Source: Octopus bimaculoides (Eukaryota). Taken from it: a stretch of 50,170 nucleotides of DNA. The translations under genes were made by a program, and so were the position numbers. Positions 49,101-50,170 of the stretch are shown one piece after another; the stretch's first letter is position 1, and every line of letters starts with the position of its first letter. The notes under the pieces are model-generated. The model was not told the DNA's origin and made no database searches. It was given only the letters and a program-made list of their open reading frames with translations. The stretch lies in contig NC_068983.1 of assembly GCF_001194135.2 (NCBI RefSeq), forward strand, positions 120,101,404 through 120,151,573, given 5' to 3'.

Positions 49101-50170
49101 AGCGTGAAGCAAAATTACAAACATATAGGGGAGTGGTAGAATCGGTCAAAGACTAGCACAATAAAAATATTGATTTCTGACTTAAGCACGAAGCCACAAA
49201 TATTGGCAGAGAGAGAGAAACTCGATTAGATCGAATACATATTTTATTGAATCCGGGAAAGGTGAAAAATAAACCCGACCTAAGCGAGATTTGAACTTGG
49301 AAAATAAATTGAGGCGACTAAATACAAAGCATATTATTTGACATTCTACTGACGGTATCATCCAAAATTATTGTTATTATTATAATAACAGATAATAAAT
49401 AACAATCTCCATTATATATTGGCCACAAGGTTAACAAAAGAAAAAATGCAATAAAATTCAAAGTTATGATTCCTCTGGCTGTCTCGAGAACGTTGACATA
49501 TATACAATACAAGTTCAATATAAATACGAAATAATAAACCATCAAATTGACAATGTAAAATAAATACACAAGCATTCACACACACAAAAGCAATCAAGTC
49601 TCCCACCACCAACTGACCATTGTCGCGCTTTTAGACGCCACTTTAATGTGAGCATTCAGGCCAAATCTCAAACAGTATTGTTCTACCGGGCACGGAGAGA
49701 CCGAAAGAAGCGGAGACGTCATCCTTCACCTTATGGCGATGGCGTTAAAAATTAAAAAAAGAGCACGCATTAATATACATACGTACAACTATGTATGTAT
49801 GTGTGTGCCTATAACAATTACAGTACGGAAGACTCGTATTAGCCAAGTCAAAAACCACAAAAACTGTTAACTTCACGGTAAAGAATGAATTCCGGTGACC
49901 TCCTAATATGCTACAAAACCCTTTTATGAGTCCGGAAAACGGGATGGGGTAAGGTGGAAGCCTGGGAAATTTCACCTCCCACTCGCATTGATCTTTTCAC
50001 CTGCACGATTTTCGCATCTGCAAACCCATATCCCGGAATTATTGGAAATTTTTTTTTTTTTTTCGTTGACTGAATTCCCGATGACCTCTTAATATGCTAC
50101 AAAACCCGATTAATGTTTACATCTTGACCTGGAAATGAAAACCATAAAAAAATATTAGAATGAGTGTTAA
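46000..50170. promoter_or_regulatory. CpG-retaining region, a likely promoter/first-exon zone; densest at about 49620-49770
   Basis: Hand counts: about 23 CpG in 46801-47400 and about 11 in 49621-49770, versus about 2 in 14401-15000. Also ATGGCG (YY1-like) motifs at about 46226 and 49733-49744, and a gacgtca motif at about 49715. Confidence 0.6.

Noticed and set aside
1-50170. CRISPR array, rRNA or prokaryote-type operon/defence system
   Set aside because: There is no regularly spaced repeat-spacer array and no rRNA-like segment, and the DNA is clearly eukaryotic and intronic.

Overview
AT-rich, microsatellite-dense metazoan genomic DNA, most likely Octopus: I recognise the SINE, RTE, Penelope and MITE families from octopus genomes (recall only, no database search). 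There is no intact protein-coding ORF. Most ORF-track entries are translated (TA)n/(CA)n/(AG)n repeats or pieces of decayed transposons. My best model is the 5' part of one minus-strand gene: a CpG-rich promoter/first-exon zone at about 46-50 kb, a CpG-depleted intron of about 44-48 kb, and a 74-nt exon at 1844-1917 that may carry the start codon (MMSELGENPTSKR...). The gene cannot be named. The intron holds many decayed elements: an L1/Tx1 LINE, RTE LINE pieces, two Penelope-like remnants, a Tc1 deletion derivative (108-bp TIRs, D34E), two hAT elements with 8-bp TSDs, TTAA-flanked MITEs and at least four SINE families. There is one 172-nt assembly gap. I found no convincing novel biological system. 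The best leads are the uORF/ATG-overlap exon, the methylation-like CpG boundary with its candidate first exons, an 81-bp local templated insertion and inverted SINE pairs.
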